DNA from: a bacterium
Lineage (GTDB): Bacteria; Patescibacteriota; Microgenomatia; UBA8517
Assembly (NCBI GenBank): GCA_021824915.1
Contig: JAKAJP010000013.1
Coordinates: 1,733-65,732, forward strand
Direction: 5' to 3'
Length of the DNA: 64,000 bases
Below the pieces are notes generated by a model. It did no database searches, was not told the origin of the DNA, and was given only the letters and a program-made list of their open reading frames with translations. Below, piece by piece: positions 46,883 through 56,736 of this stretch; the first letter of the stretch is position 1; each line of letters opens with the position of its first letter. The translations under genes and the position numbers were made by a program.

Positions 46883-49219
46883 ATGAAAAAGATCGAAAAA
46901 TCTATTGAATTGGGTGGTCGTACCCTCACTTTAACCACGGGTGAATTAGCAGAACAGGCGGCGGGAGCTGTCACTGCCCGTATGGGAGATACAGTGGTTT
47001 TGGCCACTGTTGCTTCGGCTCCTCTTAAGATGGACCTAGATTATTTTCCATTGACGGTCGAGTACATGGAGAGGCTCTATGCGGGGGGTCGTATTAAAGG
47101 TAGCCGCTGGGTGAAGCGCGAGGGTAGACCAACAGATGAGGAAATTCTTTCCGCCCGACTTATTGATCGTTCAATTCGCCCGCTTTTCCCCAAGACTTAC
47201 AAAAAAGAAGTTCAGGTAATTGTTATGGTTCTTTCAGTCGACATGGAAAATGATCCGGCAATCTTAGGAGCAATCGCAGCCAGTGCGGCGGTTCATATCA
47301 GCACGCTCCCATGGAAGGGTCCTGTATCAGTTCTAAAAATTGGACAAAAGGAAGGCAAATATCTAGTCAATCCGGTAGAGAGTGATCTTAAGGATTCAAA
47401 TATGGATTTAGTGGTCTCTTCCACAAAAGAAGCGGTTTTGATGGTTGAAGCGGGAGCTAAGGAAGTAAGTGAAAAAGAAATCGTTGAGGGAATTAACTTT
47501 GCTAAAAAAGAATCTGACGCGGTTCTTTCTATGATTGAAGATTTGGCGAAGGAGGTTGGACGAACTCGGGAGGTTTATAAAGAAGAAAAAGCTTCGGCAG
47601 AATTAGAAAAGCTGGTTCACAAATTAGTCGATGACAAAATGCCATCTCTTGTAAAAGGAATGGCTAATCATGAAGGTGGACAATTTGATGAATTGACTGA
47701 AATGGTAGCTGCGGTCAATGGAGAAGTAACGGAGGCCGATCAAAAATTTGTTCCGGAGCTGATTGACCACATCAAGAAAGACTATATCCGGGAGCAAATT
47801 TTGGAGAAAAAGACCAGACCTGATGGTAGGAAATTAACTGAGATAAGACCTCTTTCAGCGATAGTTTCCTATTTACCAAGAGTTCACGGGTCGGCAATTT
47901 TCAAGAGGGGTCAAACCCAAGTAATGTCGGTTGTTACCTTGGGGTCTCCCTCAAACTCTCTTCTTTTGGAAAGTGCAGACGGGGAAGCAGAAAAGTTCTA
48001 TTTTCATCACTATTCCATGCCGCCTTATGCAACAGGAGAGACTGGAAAAGTTGGAAACCCTGGCAGGCGAGAAATTGGACACGGAGCTCTTGCGGAGCGC
48101 GCTTTAGTTCCGGTTATTCCTGATCAAAGTGAGTTTCCATATACAATTAGAGTTGTTTCTGAAGTAATGAGTTCAAATGGAAGCACTTCAATGGCTTCCG
48201 TTTGTGGTTCAACACTTTCTTTGATGGACGCCGGAGTTCCGATAAAATCCCCGGTCGCCGGAATTGCAATGGGACTTATTATTGAGGACGCCAAGAAATT
48301 TGCGGTTTTAAGCGACATTATGGGAATTGAGGATTTCAATGGTGATATGGATTTCAAAGTGGCGGGAACAGAAAAGGGTATTACGGCGTTGCAGCTTGAT
48401 GTCAAAACATTAAATCTCACGCCTGAAATCTTGGAGGCAGCTCTTGCCCAAGCAAAAGAAGGCCGCGCGCAAATTATGAAAGTTATTACTGACGCGCTAG
48501 CTTCTCCAAGGAAGCAAGTTTCTACTTATGCGCCGAAGATTAAAACGGTTAAAATCCCGGTCGAAAAGATTGGCGAATTTATTGGACCAAGCGGTAAAAA
48601 TATAAAGAAATTGATGGCCGATACGGGAACACAAATAGACGTTAACGATGAGGGCAACGTTAGTGTTTCCGGAGTTGATGAGGAAGCGATGCAGAAAGCA
48701 GTTACTTATATTGAAGGATTTTCCAAAGAGGTTAAACCGGGGGATATTTATGAGGGTGAAGTGGTACGTTTAATGAATTTTGGGGCTTTTGTAAATATTT
48801 TGCCGGGTAAAGACGGAATGGTCCACGTTTCTGATATGGGTCAGGAAGGATTTGTAAAAGATGCTGGTGATGTTGTCCACATTGGACAAAAAGTTCAGGT
48901 GCGGGTTAAGAAAATTGACGATATGGGGCGTATCAATCTTTCAATGAATTTGGATCCCGCCAAGGATGCCCAAGTTGAAGCTGAAAAACAAGCCAGGGGT
49001 GGTGATCGCGGAGGCCGAAGTGGTTTTGGAGGTGGACGCGGAGGATTTGGTGGAGGAAGAAGATTTGATAGAGGTGGACGCGGAGGATTTTCCCGAGGCG
49101 GTGGTAGAGGATTTGGTGGAGGAAGAAGATTTGATAGAGGTGATAGAGATTCTTCGGGTGGCCCTCATTTTCCCACAACAAGACTTATGGGAGAGGAAAA
49201 GAAAAGTTTTGATAGGTAG
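46883..49219 (+). CDS. pnp: polynucleotide phosphorylase (PNPase) with an RGG/RG-rich C-terminal extension
   Basis: Two RNase PH domains, KH (IGEFIGPSGKNIKKL) and S1 (GAFVNILPGKDGMVHVS), followed by an approximately 85-aa Gly/Arg-rich tail. Confidence 0.95.
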   Translation: MKKIEKSIELGGRTLTLTTGELAEQAAGAVTARMGDTVVLATVASAPLKMDLDYFPLTVEYMERLYAGGRIKGSRWVKREGRPTDEEILSARLIDRSIRPLFPKTYKKEVQVIVMVLSVDMENDPAILGAIAASAAVHISTLPWKGPVSVLKIGQKEGKYLVNPVESDLKDSNMDLVVSSTKEAVLMVEAGAKEVSEKEIVEGINFAKKESDAVLSMIEDLAKEVGRTREVYKEEKASAELEKLVHKLVDDKMPSLVKGMANHEGGQFDELTEMVAAVNGEVTEADQKFVPELIDHIKKDYIREQILEKKTRPDGRKLTEIRPLSAIVSYLPRVHGSAIFKRGQTQVMSVVTLGSPSNSLLLESADGEAEKFYFHHYSMPPYATGETGKVGNPGRREIGHGALAERALVPVIPDQSEFPYTIRVVSEVMSSNGSTSMASVCGSTLSLMDAGVPIKSPVAGIAMGLIIEDAKKFAVLSDIMGIEDFNGDMDFKVAGTEKGITALQLDVKTLNLTPEILEAALAQAKEGRAQIMKVITDALASPRKQVSTYAPKIKTVKIPVEKIGEFIGPSGKNIKKLMADTGTQIDVNDEGNVSVSGVDEEAMQKAVTYIEGFSKEVKPGDIYEGEVVRLMNFGAFVNILPGKDGMVHVSDMGQEGFVKDAGDVVHIGQKVQVRVKKIDDMGRINLSMNLDPAKDAQVEAEKQARGGDRGGRSGFGGGRGGFGGGRRFDRGGRGGFSRGGGRGFGGGRRFDRGDRDSSGGPHFPTTRLMGEEKKSFDR

Positions 49220-49221
49220 CT

Positions 49222-49848
49222 TTGATGAAGAAAGGCGTTCTTCTTTTTGACATTGACCGGACAATCTTCGACACGGATAAAATGTCGGCGTTCCTCAGTG
49301 AGAAGTTGGGTGATATTTTGGGACGGCAAAACATTACCGAGATAAATCGAATAAAACAGGACTACATCGGTAGTTTGGAAAGAGATAGAGAATTTACTCC
49401 CGACGAGTTTTGTAGAAGGCTCGCTAAGAAATTTGGAGTTTTGGATAGAGGTCTCCTTAAGGTTTTTTACGGAAGTGAATTCAATTACATTTATCAGGAA
49501 TGTGTTTTTTCGGAATTCTTCGAACTTTATAAAGAATTAGAAAATAAGTTTAACTTTGGAGTCTATTCCGAGGGAACTTTGAAATTTCAAATGCATAAGT
49601 TTAAGTCTATGCAAATTGGTAAATACCTTAAGAAAGATTTAATTTTTGTTTTACCGGTCAAAGATAATGCGAAAACTCTAAAGCTAGTTCCCAAGGAGGC
49701 CGTTATTGTTGATGATAAGGAAATTGTTTGTGAGGTTTTGAATAAAAATGGTTTCCATGCGATTTGGCTAAACAAGAAAGACGGTAGAGAAAGTGTGAAG
49801 TTTGATACGATCCACAGTCTTCTGGAACTTCCGGATAAACTGATGTAA
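49222..49848 (+). CDS. HAD-superfamily hydrolase (putative)
   Basis: Motif I FDIDRTIFDT (DxDxT) and a late VDD motif. Confidence 0.45.
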   Translation: MMKKGVLLFDIDRTIFDTDKMSAFLSEKLGDILGRQNITEINRIKQDYIGSLERDREFTPDEFCRRLAKKFGVLDRGLLKVFYGSEFNYIYQECVFSEFFELYKELENKFNFGVYSEGTLKFQMHKFKSMQIGKYLKKDLIFVLPVKDNAKTLKLVPKEAVIVDDKEIVCEVLNKNGFHAIWLNKKDGRESVKFDTIHSLLELPDKLM

Positions 49849-49861
49849 ATTTAAGGTAGGT

Positions 49862-50908
49862 ATGGAATCTGCTGCCCAGGAAATTCAAGTTTTAATAGAA
49901 AAAGTTAAAAAGGCCGATCTTCCCGATCGTCTTCGTGAAGTTGTTTTGGTTCGACTTGGACAACTTGCCAAACTTACAAATTCCCCATCATTTTTGCCGG
50001 AGTTTGATAGCATGGAACGCTATGTTGATTGGATAACAATTTTGCCCTGGAATAAAAGAACAAAGGATACACTTGATCTTGAAAACGCCAGAAAAATCCT
50101 TGAATCTCATCACTATGGTTTAACTGATATTAAAACCCGCGTCTTGGAATATATGAGTGTTATGAAATTGAAAGAAGAAAAAGGAGAGAGTGCGGATATT
50201 TACAGGGCCCCAATTCTTTGTTTTGTTGGCTTGGTGGGAACCGGAAAAACGACAATTGCTTATTCGATTGCGGAAGCTCTGGGCCGTCCCATTGCCCGCA
50301 TTCCTTTTGGCGGAATGGGTGATCCGTTAGACCTTCGCGGACAATCCAGAATGCATCCGGAAGCCGAACCCGGAAAAGTTATAAAATCCTTGCGGGATAC
50401 TCAAAGTAAAAATCCGGTCATCCTTCTTGATGAAATTGACCGTGTTACCGAACAAGGACGAAGCTCAATCATGGGAGTTTTGGTCGAACTTTTAGATCCT
50501 AAGCAGAACTACGCTTTTACTGATCATTATATAGATTTTCCGTTTGATCTAAGTGAGGCACTTTTTATTGCGACGGCAAATAATACCACCAACATTGCAA
50601 CGGCCGTTATGGACAGACTTGAACCAATTTCTATGCCGAGCTATACAGACCAGGAAAAAATTGTCATCGGGCAAAAATATATACTGCCTTCTGCCCTAAA
50701 AGCTTCCGGCCTACCCGCCGGAAGTTTAACGATTGATGATGATGTTTGGGCAAATATTGTTCGTCCGCTTGGCTACGACGCAGGTATTCGTACGCTTGAG
50801 CGTAATATTGACGGAGTTGTCCGTAAGGTTGCTATGCAGATGGTTGAAGGGAAAACTCAAAATGTCCATGTTACTTCCCAAAACGTGAAGACGTTCCTGC
50901 CCCAGTGA
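49862..50908 (+). CDS. Lon-type AAA+ ATPase module without the N-terminal LON domain or the S16 protease domain
   Basis: Aligns by eye to the Lon central region (YVDWITILPWNKRT; HYGLTDIKTRVLEYMSV; Walker A GLVGTGKTTIAYSIAEALGRP; Walker B ILLDEIDRV; sensor regions). It ends where the Lon peptidase domain would begin. Confidence 0.65.
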   Translation: MESAAQEIQVLIEKVKKADLPDRLREVVLVRLGQLAKLTNSPSFLPEFDSMERYVDWITILPWNKRTKDTLDLENARKILESHHYGLTDIKTRVLEYMSVMKLKEEKGESADIYRAPILCFVGLVGTGKTTIAYSIAEALGRPIARIPFGGMGDPLDLRGQSRMHPEAEPGKVIKSLRDTQSKNPVILLDEIDRVTEQGRSSIMGVLVELLDPKQNYAFTDHYIDFPFDLSEALFIATANNTTNIATAVMDRLEPISMPSYTDQEKIVIGQKYILPSALKASGLPAGSLTIDDDVWANIVRPLGYDAGIRTLERNIDGVVRKVAMQMVEGKTQNVHVTSQNVKTFLPQ

Positions 50909-50922
50909 GTTAAAATAAGCTA

Positions 50923-51390
50923 GTGAAAATATTAGTAATAAGCGATAGTCATGGCAACATAACAAATCTCAGGCATGTTATGGGTTTTGCAAAAAAGATT
51001 AATGCTGCCGCCGTGATTCATTGTGGCGATTGGAATACAGCGGACTCAGTTAGAGTGGTTTTGGAGTACGGGACCCCCGTTTTTGGAATTTTGGGTAACG
51101 CTGATATAAAAAGTGAGGTTGAAGATGCTTTGGTTTTGGGAGCCGAAGGTTTTGAACAGAAGTTTCTAAGTTTCAAATTGGATAATAAAAAAATAGGGGT
51201 GATTCACGACATTCGCGAACCAATTTTGGCAATCAATACTCTTGACGTTGTTTTTTATGGACATACACACAAGCAAAAAGAATCAGAAAAAAATGGGGCC
51301 AGGATTGTAAACCCGGGGGCTTTGGAAAATGAGATCAACTTTGCGGTTTATGATACAACTTCTGGTAAAATAGATTTTGTTACGGAGTGA
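50923..51390 (+). CDS. metallophosphoesterase (YfcE/MJ0936 family)
   Basis: SDSHGN, GDW, GNAD and GHTH motifs of calcineurin-like phosphoesterases. Confidence 0.75.
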   Translation: MKILVISDSHGNITNLRHVMGFAKKINAAAVIHCGDWNTADSVRVVLEYGTPVFGILGNADIKSEVEDALVLGAEGFEQKFLSFKLDNKKIGVIHDIREPILAINTLDVVFYGHTHKQKESEKNGARIVNPGALENEINFAVYDTTSGKIDFVTE

Positions 51391-52034
51391 AATATTTAAT
51401 GGGTAAGTTAGAAGAACTTCAAAAATTAAAACAAGAAATGGAAGCTGACAGCTCGCTTCCTCTAAGAAAAACCGATACCAACTTGGTTTTTGGAGTTGGG
51501 GATCCCAATACCAAAATCCTTTTTATAGGTGAAGGCCCCGGGTATTGGGAAAATCTTAAAAAGGAGCCGTTTGTTGGAAACGCGGGGAAACTATTGGATC
51601 AAGTTTTAAGACTGGTAAATATTCCTAGAGAAAGCGTTTATATTACAAATGTTGTTCATCATAGACCCCCGGAAAATAGAGATCCGGAACCGGACGAGAT
51701 ATCTGCATACGGAAAATATCTGGATGAGATTATTAAAATAATTGATCCGAAAGTAATTGTCACTCTGGGACGATTTTCTATGGGCAAGTTTCTGCCTACT
51801 GCCCGAATTTCATCTGTTCATGGTAAGTCGCAAGTAGTACAGTTTAAGGGCAAGAATATTACGATCATCCCGATGTATCACCCAGCGGCCGCGCTCAGAA
51901 ACGGAAGTTTGATGTTTGAGTTTAAGCAAGATTTTCAGAGGCTGCCAGATATGTTGAAAGAAGCAGAAAGTCTTACCGAAGCGAAGAAGGATTTGGATAA
52001 AGAAGATGAGTCTCAACAAATGAGTTTGGTTTAA
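51387..52034 (+). CDS. uracil-DNA glycosylase superfamily protein (family 4/5-like; no Cys, so no Fe-S cluster)
   Basis: Motif A GEGPG and motif B HPAAALR, but the protein contains no cysteine. Confidence 0.6.
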   Translation: MKYLMGKLEELQKLKQEMEADSSLPLRKTDTNLVFGVGDPNTKILFIGEGPGYWENLKKEPFVGNAGKLLDQVLRLVNIPRESVYITNVVHHRPPENRDPEPDEISAYGKYLDEIIKIIDPKVIVTLGRFSMGKFLPTARISSVHGKSQVVQFKGKNITIIPMYHPAAALRNGSLMFEFKQDFQRLPDMLKEAESLTEAKKDLDKEDESQQMSLV

Positions 52035-52040
52035 GCCTAT

Positions 52041-53702
52041 ATGAAAAATATGAATAATTTGAAATTTATTGCAATTTCCGGAACTACCGGAGTTACGGAA
52101 AATTTGTATGTTTATGAATATGGGAACGATATGATAGTTGTTGATTGTGGCGTGGGGTTTCCGGAAACGGAAATGTACGGGGTGGATCTTGTAATTCCGG
52201 ACTTTTCTTACGTGATAGCAAATAAATCAAAACTTCGGGCGATTATTATTTCTCATGGACACGAAGATCATCTTGGGGCGCTTCCCTTCCTACTCAAAGA
52301 AGTAAAAACCAACGTTTACGCGACAAAATTAGTTGTAGGCTTCATTCAGGATAAGTTGGAGGATTACAAGATGGATTCTACGAATGTTAAGGTTTTTGAC
52401 CCAGACCGTGACCAATTAACGTTTGGAGTTTTTAAGGTAACCCCTTTTAGGGTGGCTCACTCGGTTCCTGATGGGGTTGGTTTTTGTATAGATACGCCTG
52501 AGGGAAAAATGTTCCATGTCCCCGATTATAAATTTGATTGGACCCCTGTTGATGGGCGTCCTTTTGATGCGGTGAAAGTGGCATCTCTTGCCGCCGGCGG
52601 GGCATTAGCTCTTGCTTCAGATTCTCTTGGTGCAACGTCTCCCGGATACACAGAAAGCGAGAGGGCAATTGAGGAAAGGATTGAAGGCGTCTTAAGGCAC
52701 GTAACCGGAAAAGTTTACCTGACAACAATTTCGAGCAATATCAGTCGTATGCAGCAGACAATTAACGCTGCGGCCCGCCTGGGTCGCAAGGTTGTTCTTA
52801 TAGGTAGATCGATTGAAAAGAAAGCCGGAATCGCTAAAGATTTGGGCTACCTTTTTTATCAGAATGGCGTTGTCATATCACCAAAAGTTGCTTCAAAGCT
52901 TCCCGATAGACAAATTCTTTATATTATTTCCGGCTGTTATGGACAACCAGGAAGTGCTTTGTACCGGCTGGCATTGGGGGAGCATGATTTTCTAAAAGTT
53001 GGTAAGGGGGACGCCGTAATATTCTCGGCTGACCCTGCGCCTCCCGGAAGTAAGGCAAATGTAGATTTTTTGGTCGATAAATTTATCGAAGGCGATGTTG
53101 ATGTTCATTATTATGACATGCAGGAAGACTTGCACGTTTCCGGACATGGGAGCCAAAAAGATATAGAGATGCTTTTTGCGCTGGTGAAGCCCAAATATTA
53201 CATCCCGATAGGTGGGACGATTAGACATATGCGGGCTTATGGTCAAATTGCCGAGAGTATGGGGGCAAAGGAAAGCGACGTCTTGGAACTTTTGCCGGGA
53301 GAAATTGTTGAATTTTCGGGCCAAGTTGCGAGGCGCGCAGGTAAAATTCCGGTTCGGGAAGTCCTGGTCGATGGACTTGGAATTGGGGACGTTGGTAATA
53401 CAGTCTTGAGAGATAGGCACATCCTGAGTAAAGAAGGAATAGTAATTGCAATCACCCACTTTGATAGAAATGAGGGAAGACTTCTTGATAATCCGGAACT
53501 AATAAGCCGCGGTTTTGTTTTTGAGCAAAAATATGGAAGGATTTTGGATGATGCTGCCCACGAGCTTTTTGACGCTTTAAGTAAAAAGAAATCGATTAAC
53601 ACTAACGTAGTCAGAAATACTTCGATCGATTTTCTTGAGAAATATTTTTACCAGAAAACTGGCAGGCGCCCGATGATACTTCCTGTGATTGTTGAGGTTT
53701 AG
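52041..53702 (+). CDS. rnj: ribonuclease J (metallo-beta-lactamase / beta-CASP)
   Basis: HGHEDH motif, beta-CASP motifs and a C-terminal domain. 553 aa. Confidence 0.9.
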   Translation: MKNMNNLKFIAISGTTGVTENLYVYEYGNDMIVVDCGVGFPETEMYGVDLVIPDFSYVIANKSKLRAIIISHGHEDHLGALPFLLKEVKTNVYATKLVVGFIQDKLEDYKMDSTNVKVFDPDRDQLTFGVFKVTPFRVAHSVPDGVGFCIDTPEGKMFHVPDYKFDWTPVDGRPFDAVKVASLAAGGALALASDSLGATSPGYTESERAIEERIEGVLRHVTGKVYLTTISSNISRMQQTINAAARLGRKVVLIGRSIEKKAGIAKDLGYLFYQNGVVISPKVASKLPDRQILYIISGCYGQPGSALYRLALGEHDFLKVGKGDAVIFSADPAPPGSKANVDFLVDKFIEGDVDVHYYDMQEDLHVSGHGSQKDIEMLFALVKPKYYIPIGGTIRHMRAYGQIAESMGAKESDVLELLPGEIVEFSGQVARRAGKIPVREVLVDGLGIGDVGNTVLRDRHILSKEGIVIAITHFDRNEGRLLDNPELISRGFVFEQKYGRILDDAAHELFDALSKKKSINTNVVRNTSIDFLEKYFYQKTGRRPMILPVIVEV

Positions 53703-53723
53703 TTCACCTTCGATATACAATGA

Positions 53724-55841
53724 ATGGCTATGGCTGTTAAGAGAAGAAGATTTACCAAGCGTGGGTTTAGATTAAAACTCAAAAAAGAAGCAGTTTTTTC
53801 CATATCTCAGGTAATCTTTTTTGCAATTGCCGCCCTTATTCTTTTATCTTTTTCCAGACAAGGAGCAATACTTTTAACCTTTAATGACTTCTTGTTGAAT
53901 TATTTTTCCTGGTCAGCATTCTTCCTGCCCTTTTTGTTTTTGGCCTTTGCATTTTTAGTCTCCAAGGTAAAGTTTCCGTTGGGACAACCAAACGTAATAA
54001 TTGGCGGACTTCTCTTTTTTGTTTCGGTGATGTCTATTGGTCAGGCGGGTGTTATAGGAACAGAGTTTTGGAATGGAATTGCTGCGCTTGTCACCGGCGT
54101 TGGGGCTTTTATTATATTACTGGGAACAAGTTTGGTGGGGTTGATTGTTCTTTTTAATACTTCTTTTGATCAAGTAATAAAAGTCATAAAGGAGGCCGTA
54201 GCTGGCAGTGGTCAATATATTCATGGGGGCTCATCTGTTGGTTTTGGGGGAAAACCGCTGAGTCGTGGCCCACTGAGAGTTTCCGGTGGCTCGACTCTTT
54301 CAGGTAAGCCTCAAATTTCGTCTAAGGCTCAAACTCCCGTACCAACCGGTGAAGCACTGACACCGCAACTTGTGAGTAATGTCCCGGGAGAGGAAAAAGT
54401 CTGGATATATCCGAGCTTGGATCTATTAACTGAGACGGAAAGTGGACACGCGGAGCGGGGTGACATAAAGGAAAACGCTGCGATTATTGAAAAAACTCTT
54501 GAGTCCTTTGGCATCACTGCAAGGGTGGTCGAAGTTAATTTGGGACCTGCCGTAACCCAGTATGCATTGGAAGTTGCGCTCGGAACAAAACTAAGTAAAA
54601 TCACGGGGCTTGAGCGCGATCTGGCTCTCGCTCTGGCTGCCCCGACCGGGGCGATAAGAATAGAAGCCCCGATTCCCGGAAGAAGTCTGGTTGGAATCGA
54701 ATTACCAAATAGAAGTGCGGAATTTGTTCCGCTTAAGAAAATGATGGAGTCGGAGACTATGCAAACCGCAAAATCACGCCTTGCGGTTTCATTGGGGCTT
54801 GATGTCTCCGGTAAGCCTGTAGTTGCCGATATTGCCAGGATGCCCCACGTTCTTATTGCTGGTCAGACTGGAAGTGGAAAATCTGTTTGTATAAACGCTT
54901 TCTTGGCATCAATCCTTTTCCGTTCCGCTCCAACCGAGGTCAAGTTGATTATGGTTGACCCTAAACGAGTTGAATTAACCGGTTATAATGGCATTCCACA
55001 TCTCCTTGCCCCTGTTATAGTTGATCCGGAAAAAGTTATATCGGCGCTTCGTTGGATAATGAGCGAAATGGATAGACGTTACAAACTTTTTGCTGAAGCC
55101 GGTGCAAGAAATATTGATTCTTATAATGAAATGTCGGGTTTTCAGGCTCTCCCTTACATAGTTTTATTTATCGATGAGTTGGCTGATATTATGCTTTTTA
55201 GCCCAGTCGAGGTTGAGGATGCAATCACAAGAATTGCTCAGATGAGCCGTGCAACAGGAATTCATATGGTCCTTGCCACCCAAAGGCCTTCAGTAGATGT
55301 CATTACGGGATTGATTAAAGCCAATATCCCCTCCCGAATTGCTTTCGCGGTTGCGTCTCAAGTTGACTCGCGTGTTATTTTGGATACTCAAGGAGCTGAA
55401 AAACTCCTTGGAAAAGGAGACATGCTTTATTTGCCCCCGGAGCAAGCTAAGCCAATTAGAATCCAGGGAGCTTTTGTAAACGATCGGGAGATAGCTTCTC
55501 TTGTATCTTTTCTTAAGAATCAAGGAGTCACTCCGCAATATACAGATGAGGTTACGACGATGGCTAAGGCCGGAACGGTTAGGGTTGGCGGGATTGAAGG
55601 GGAAGTTGATGATCTTTTTGAGCAAGCAATAAGAGTTGTTTGTCAGTATGACAAAGCTTCTTCCTCACTCCTTCAAAGGAGGCTTTCAATCGGTTATGCG
55701 AGAGCCGCACGTATAGTTGACCAGTTGGAGGCTGCGGGCGTTATTGGAGCCTCGGACGGATCCAGTAAGCCCCGTGAGGTTTTGGTTCAAAACGCTGATG
55801 AGTTTTTGGCAAATCTTAAAGGTGGAGCTGCCCCTCAGTAA
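53724..55841 (+). CDS. ftsK: DNA translocase FtsK/SpoIIIE
   Basis: N-terminal TM helices, motor domain with Walker A GQTGSGKS and Walker B LFIDELAD, and a C-terminal gamma winged-helix domain. Confidence 0.9.
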   Translation: MAMAVKRRRFTKRGFRLKLKKEAVFSISQVIFFAIAALILLSFSRQGAILLTFNDFLLNYFSWSAFFLPFLFLAFAFLVSKVKFPLGQPNVIIGGLLFFVSVMSIGQAGVIGTEFWNGIAALVTGVGAFIILLGTSLVGLIVLFNTSFDQVIKVIKEAVAGSGQYIHGGSSVGFGGKPLSRGPLRVSGGSTLSGKPQISSKAQTPVPTGEALTPQLVSNVPGEEKVWIYPSLDLLTETESGHAERGDIKENAAIIEKTLESFGITARVVEVNLGPAVTQYALEVALGTKLSKITGLERDLALALAAPTGAIRIEAPIPGRSLVGIELPNRSAEFVPLKKMMESETMQTAKSRLAVSLGLDVSGKPVVADIARMPHVLIAGQTGSGKSVCINAFLASILFRSAPTEVKLIMVDPKRVELTGYNGIPHLLAPVIVDPEKVISALRWIMSEMDRRYKLFAEAGARNIDSYNEMSGFQALPYIVLFIDELADIMLFSPVEVEDAITRIAQMSRATGIHMVLATQRPSVDVITGLIKANIPSRIAFAVASQVDSRVILDTQGAEKLLGKGDMLYLPPEQAKPIRIQGAFVNDREIASLVSFLKNQGVTPQYTDEVTTMAKAGTVRVGGIEGEVDDLFEQAIRVVCQYDKASSSLLQRRLSIGYARAARIVDQLEAAGVIGASDGSSKPREVLVQNADEFLANLKGGAAPQ

Positions 55842-55857
55842 GGTCCCCCCTCGTTAT

Positions 55858-56478
55858 ATGAAGACTATTGGTAAAATTTTAAGAGAAGCGAGAATTGAAA
55901 AAAGATACTCCACCATACGTTTGGAGAATTTGACACGAATAAAAAAAGATTTTATTGAGGCAATTGAGCGGGAGAATTGGGACGCACTTCCCCCTTTCCC
56001 GACCGTTTTAGGTTTTGTTAAAAGTTTGACGGGGGAACTTAACTTGCCCGAGAGAAACGTAGTTGCAGTTTTGAAACGTGATTATCCTCCCAAAAAACTG
56101 AACATCAATCCTAAACCAGATGTTGGGGGTAAATTTATCTGGAGTCCGCGCCTAACATTCTTAATTGGAAGTGGTATTGTCCTTTTGATAATTTTCGGTT
56201 ACCTGATATTTCAATACGTCAGGTTTATTTCCCCCCCAAATCTAACTGTAATTAGTCCTAGACCGGATCAGGTGGCTACCCAAAACACAATTTTAGTTAC
56301 CGGCACAACAGATACCGATGCCAAGATCACTGTAAACAATCAACCTGTTTCGGTTAATGAAGACGGGAGTTTTTCTGTAGATTTGGATATCGCCAAAAAT
56401 ACTACTGAAATAAATATCACTGCTGTAAGTCGATCTGGAAAAGTGACTTCCATTTCGCGTAAAATAATAGTTAAGTAA
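55858..56478 (+). CDS. RodZ-like protein (HTH, single TM, C-terminal beta domain)
   Basis: The ORF track begins at 55717 and would overlap ftsK by 125 nt. The Met at 55858 starts an XRE-type HTH (MKTIGKILREARIEKRYS), followed by a TM and a DUF4115-like domain. Confidence 0.55.
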   Translation: MKTIGKILREARIEKRYSTIRLENLTRIKKDFIEAIERENWDALPPFPTVLGFVKSLTGELNLPERNVVAVLKRDYPPKKLNINPKPDVGGKFIWSPRLTFLIGSGIVLLIIFGYLIFQYVRFISPPNLTVISPRPDQVATQNTILVTGTTDTDAKITVNNQPVSVNEDGSFSVDLDIAKNTTEINITAVSRSGKVTSISRKIIVK

Positions 56479-56487
56479 TATAAAATT

Positions 56488-56724
56488 GTGGATAACGTAC
56501 AAATTCTTTTAATTGTTGTTGTTGTAAGTCTCACACTTCTTCTTTTGGTTGTTGGAGTTCAGGTCATGCTGATAATTGTTGACCTTAGGCGCGCCATAAA
56601 GCGGCTGAATTCAATCCTTGAAGATGCAATTTTGGGTGGGGGACTCATTCGACCCGATAAACTCACCGGGGTTTTGGAACTTCTTCATAAAAGTAAAAAG
56701 CTCGAAACTCACGGCGGAAGTTGA
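56488..56724 (+). CDS. hypothetical small membrane protein
   Basis: 78-aa product with one long hydrophobic helix. Composition evidence only. Confidence 0.3.
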   Translation: MDNVQILLIVVVVSLTLLLLVVGVQVMLIIVDLRRAIKRLNSILEDAILGGGLIRPDKLTGVLELLHKSKKLETHGGS

Positions 56725-56736
56725 TATACTTTAGCC

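Noticed and set aside
48933-49264. Minus-strand ORFs (82 and 107 aa) and a plus-strand 94-aa ORF overlapping the end of pnp
   Set aside because: They are products of the Gly/Arg repeat region, with SSS/KSS repeat translations. PNPase in frame is far better supported.
55717-55857. Upstream extension of the RodZ-like ORF
   Set aside because: It would overlap the ftsK 3' end by 125 nt in another frame. The HTH domain begins at the Met at 55858.
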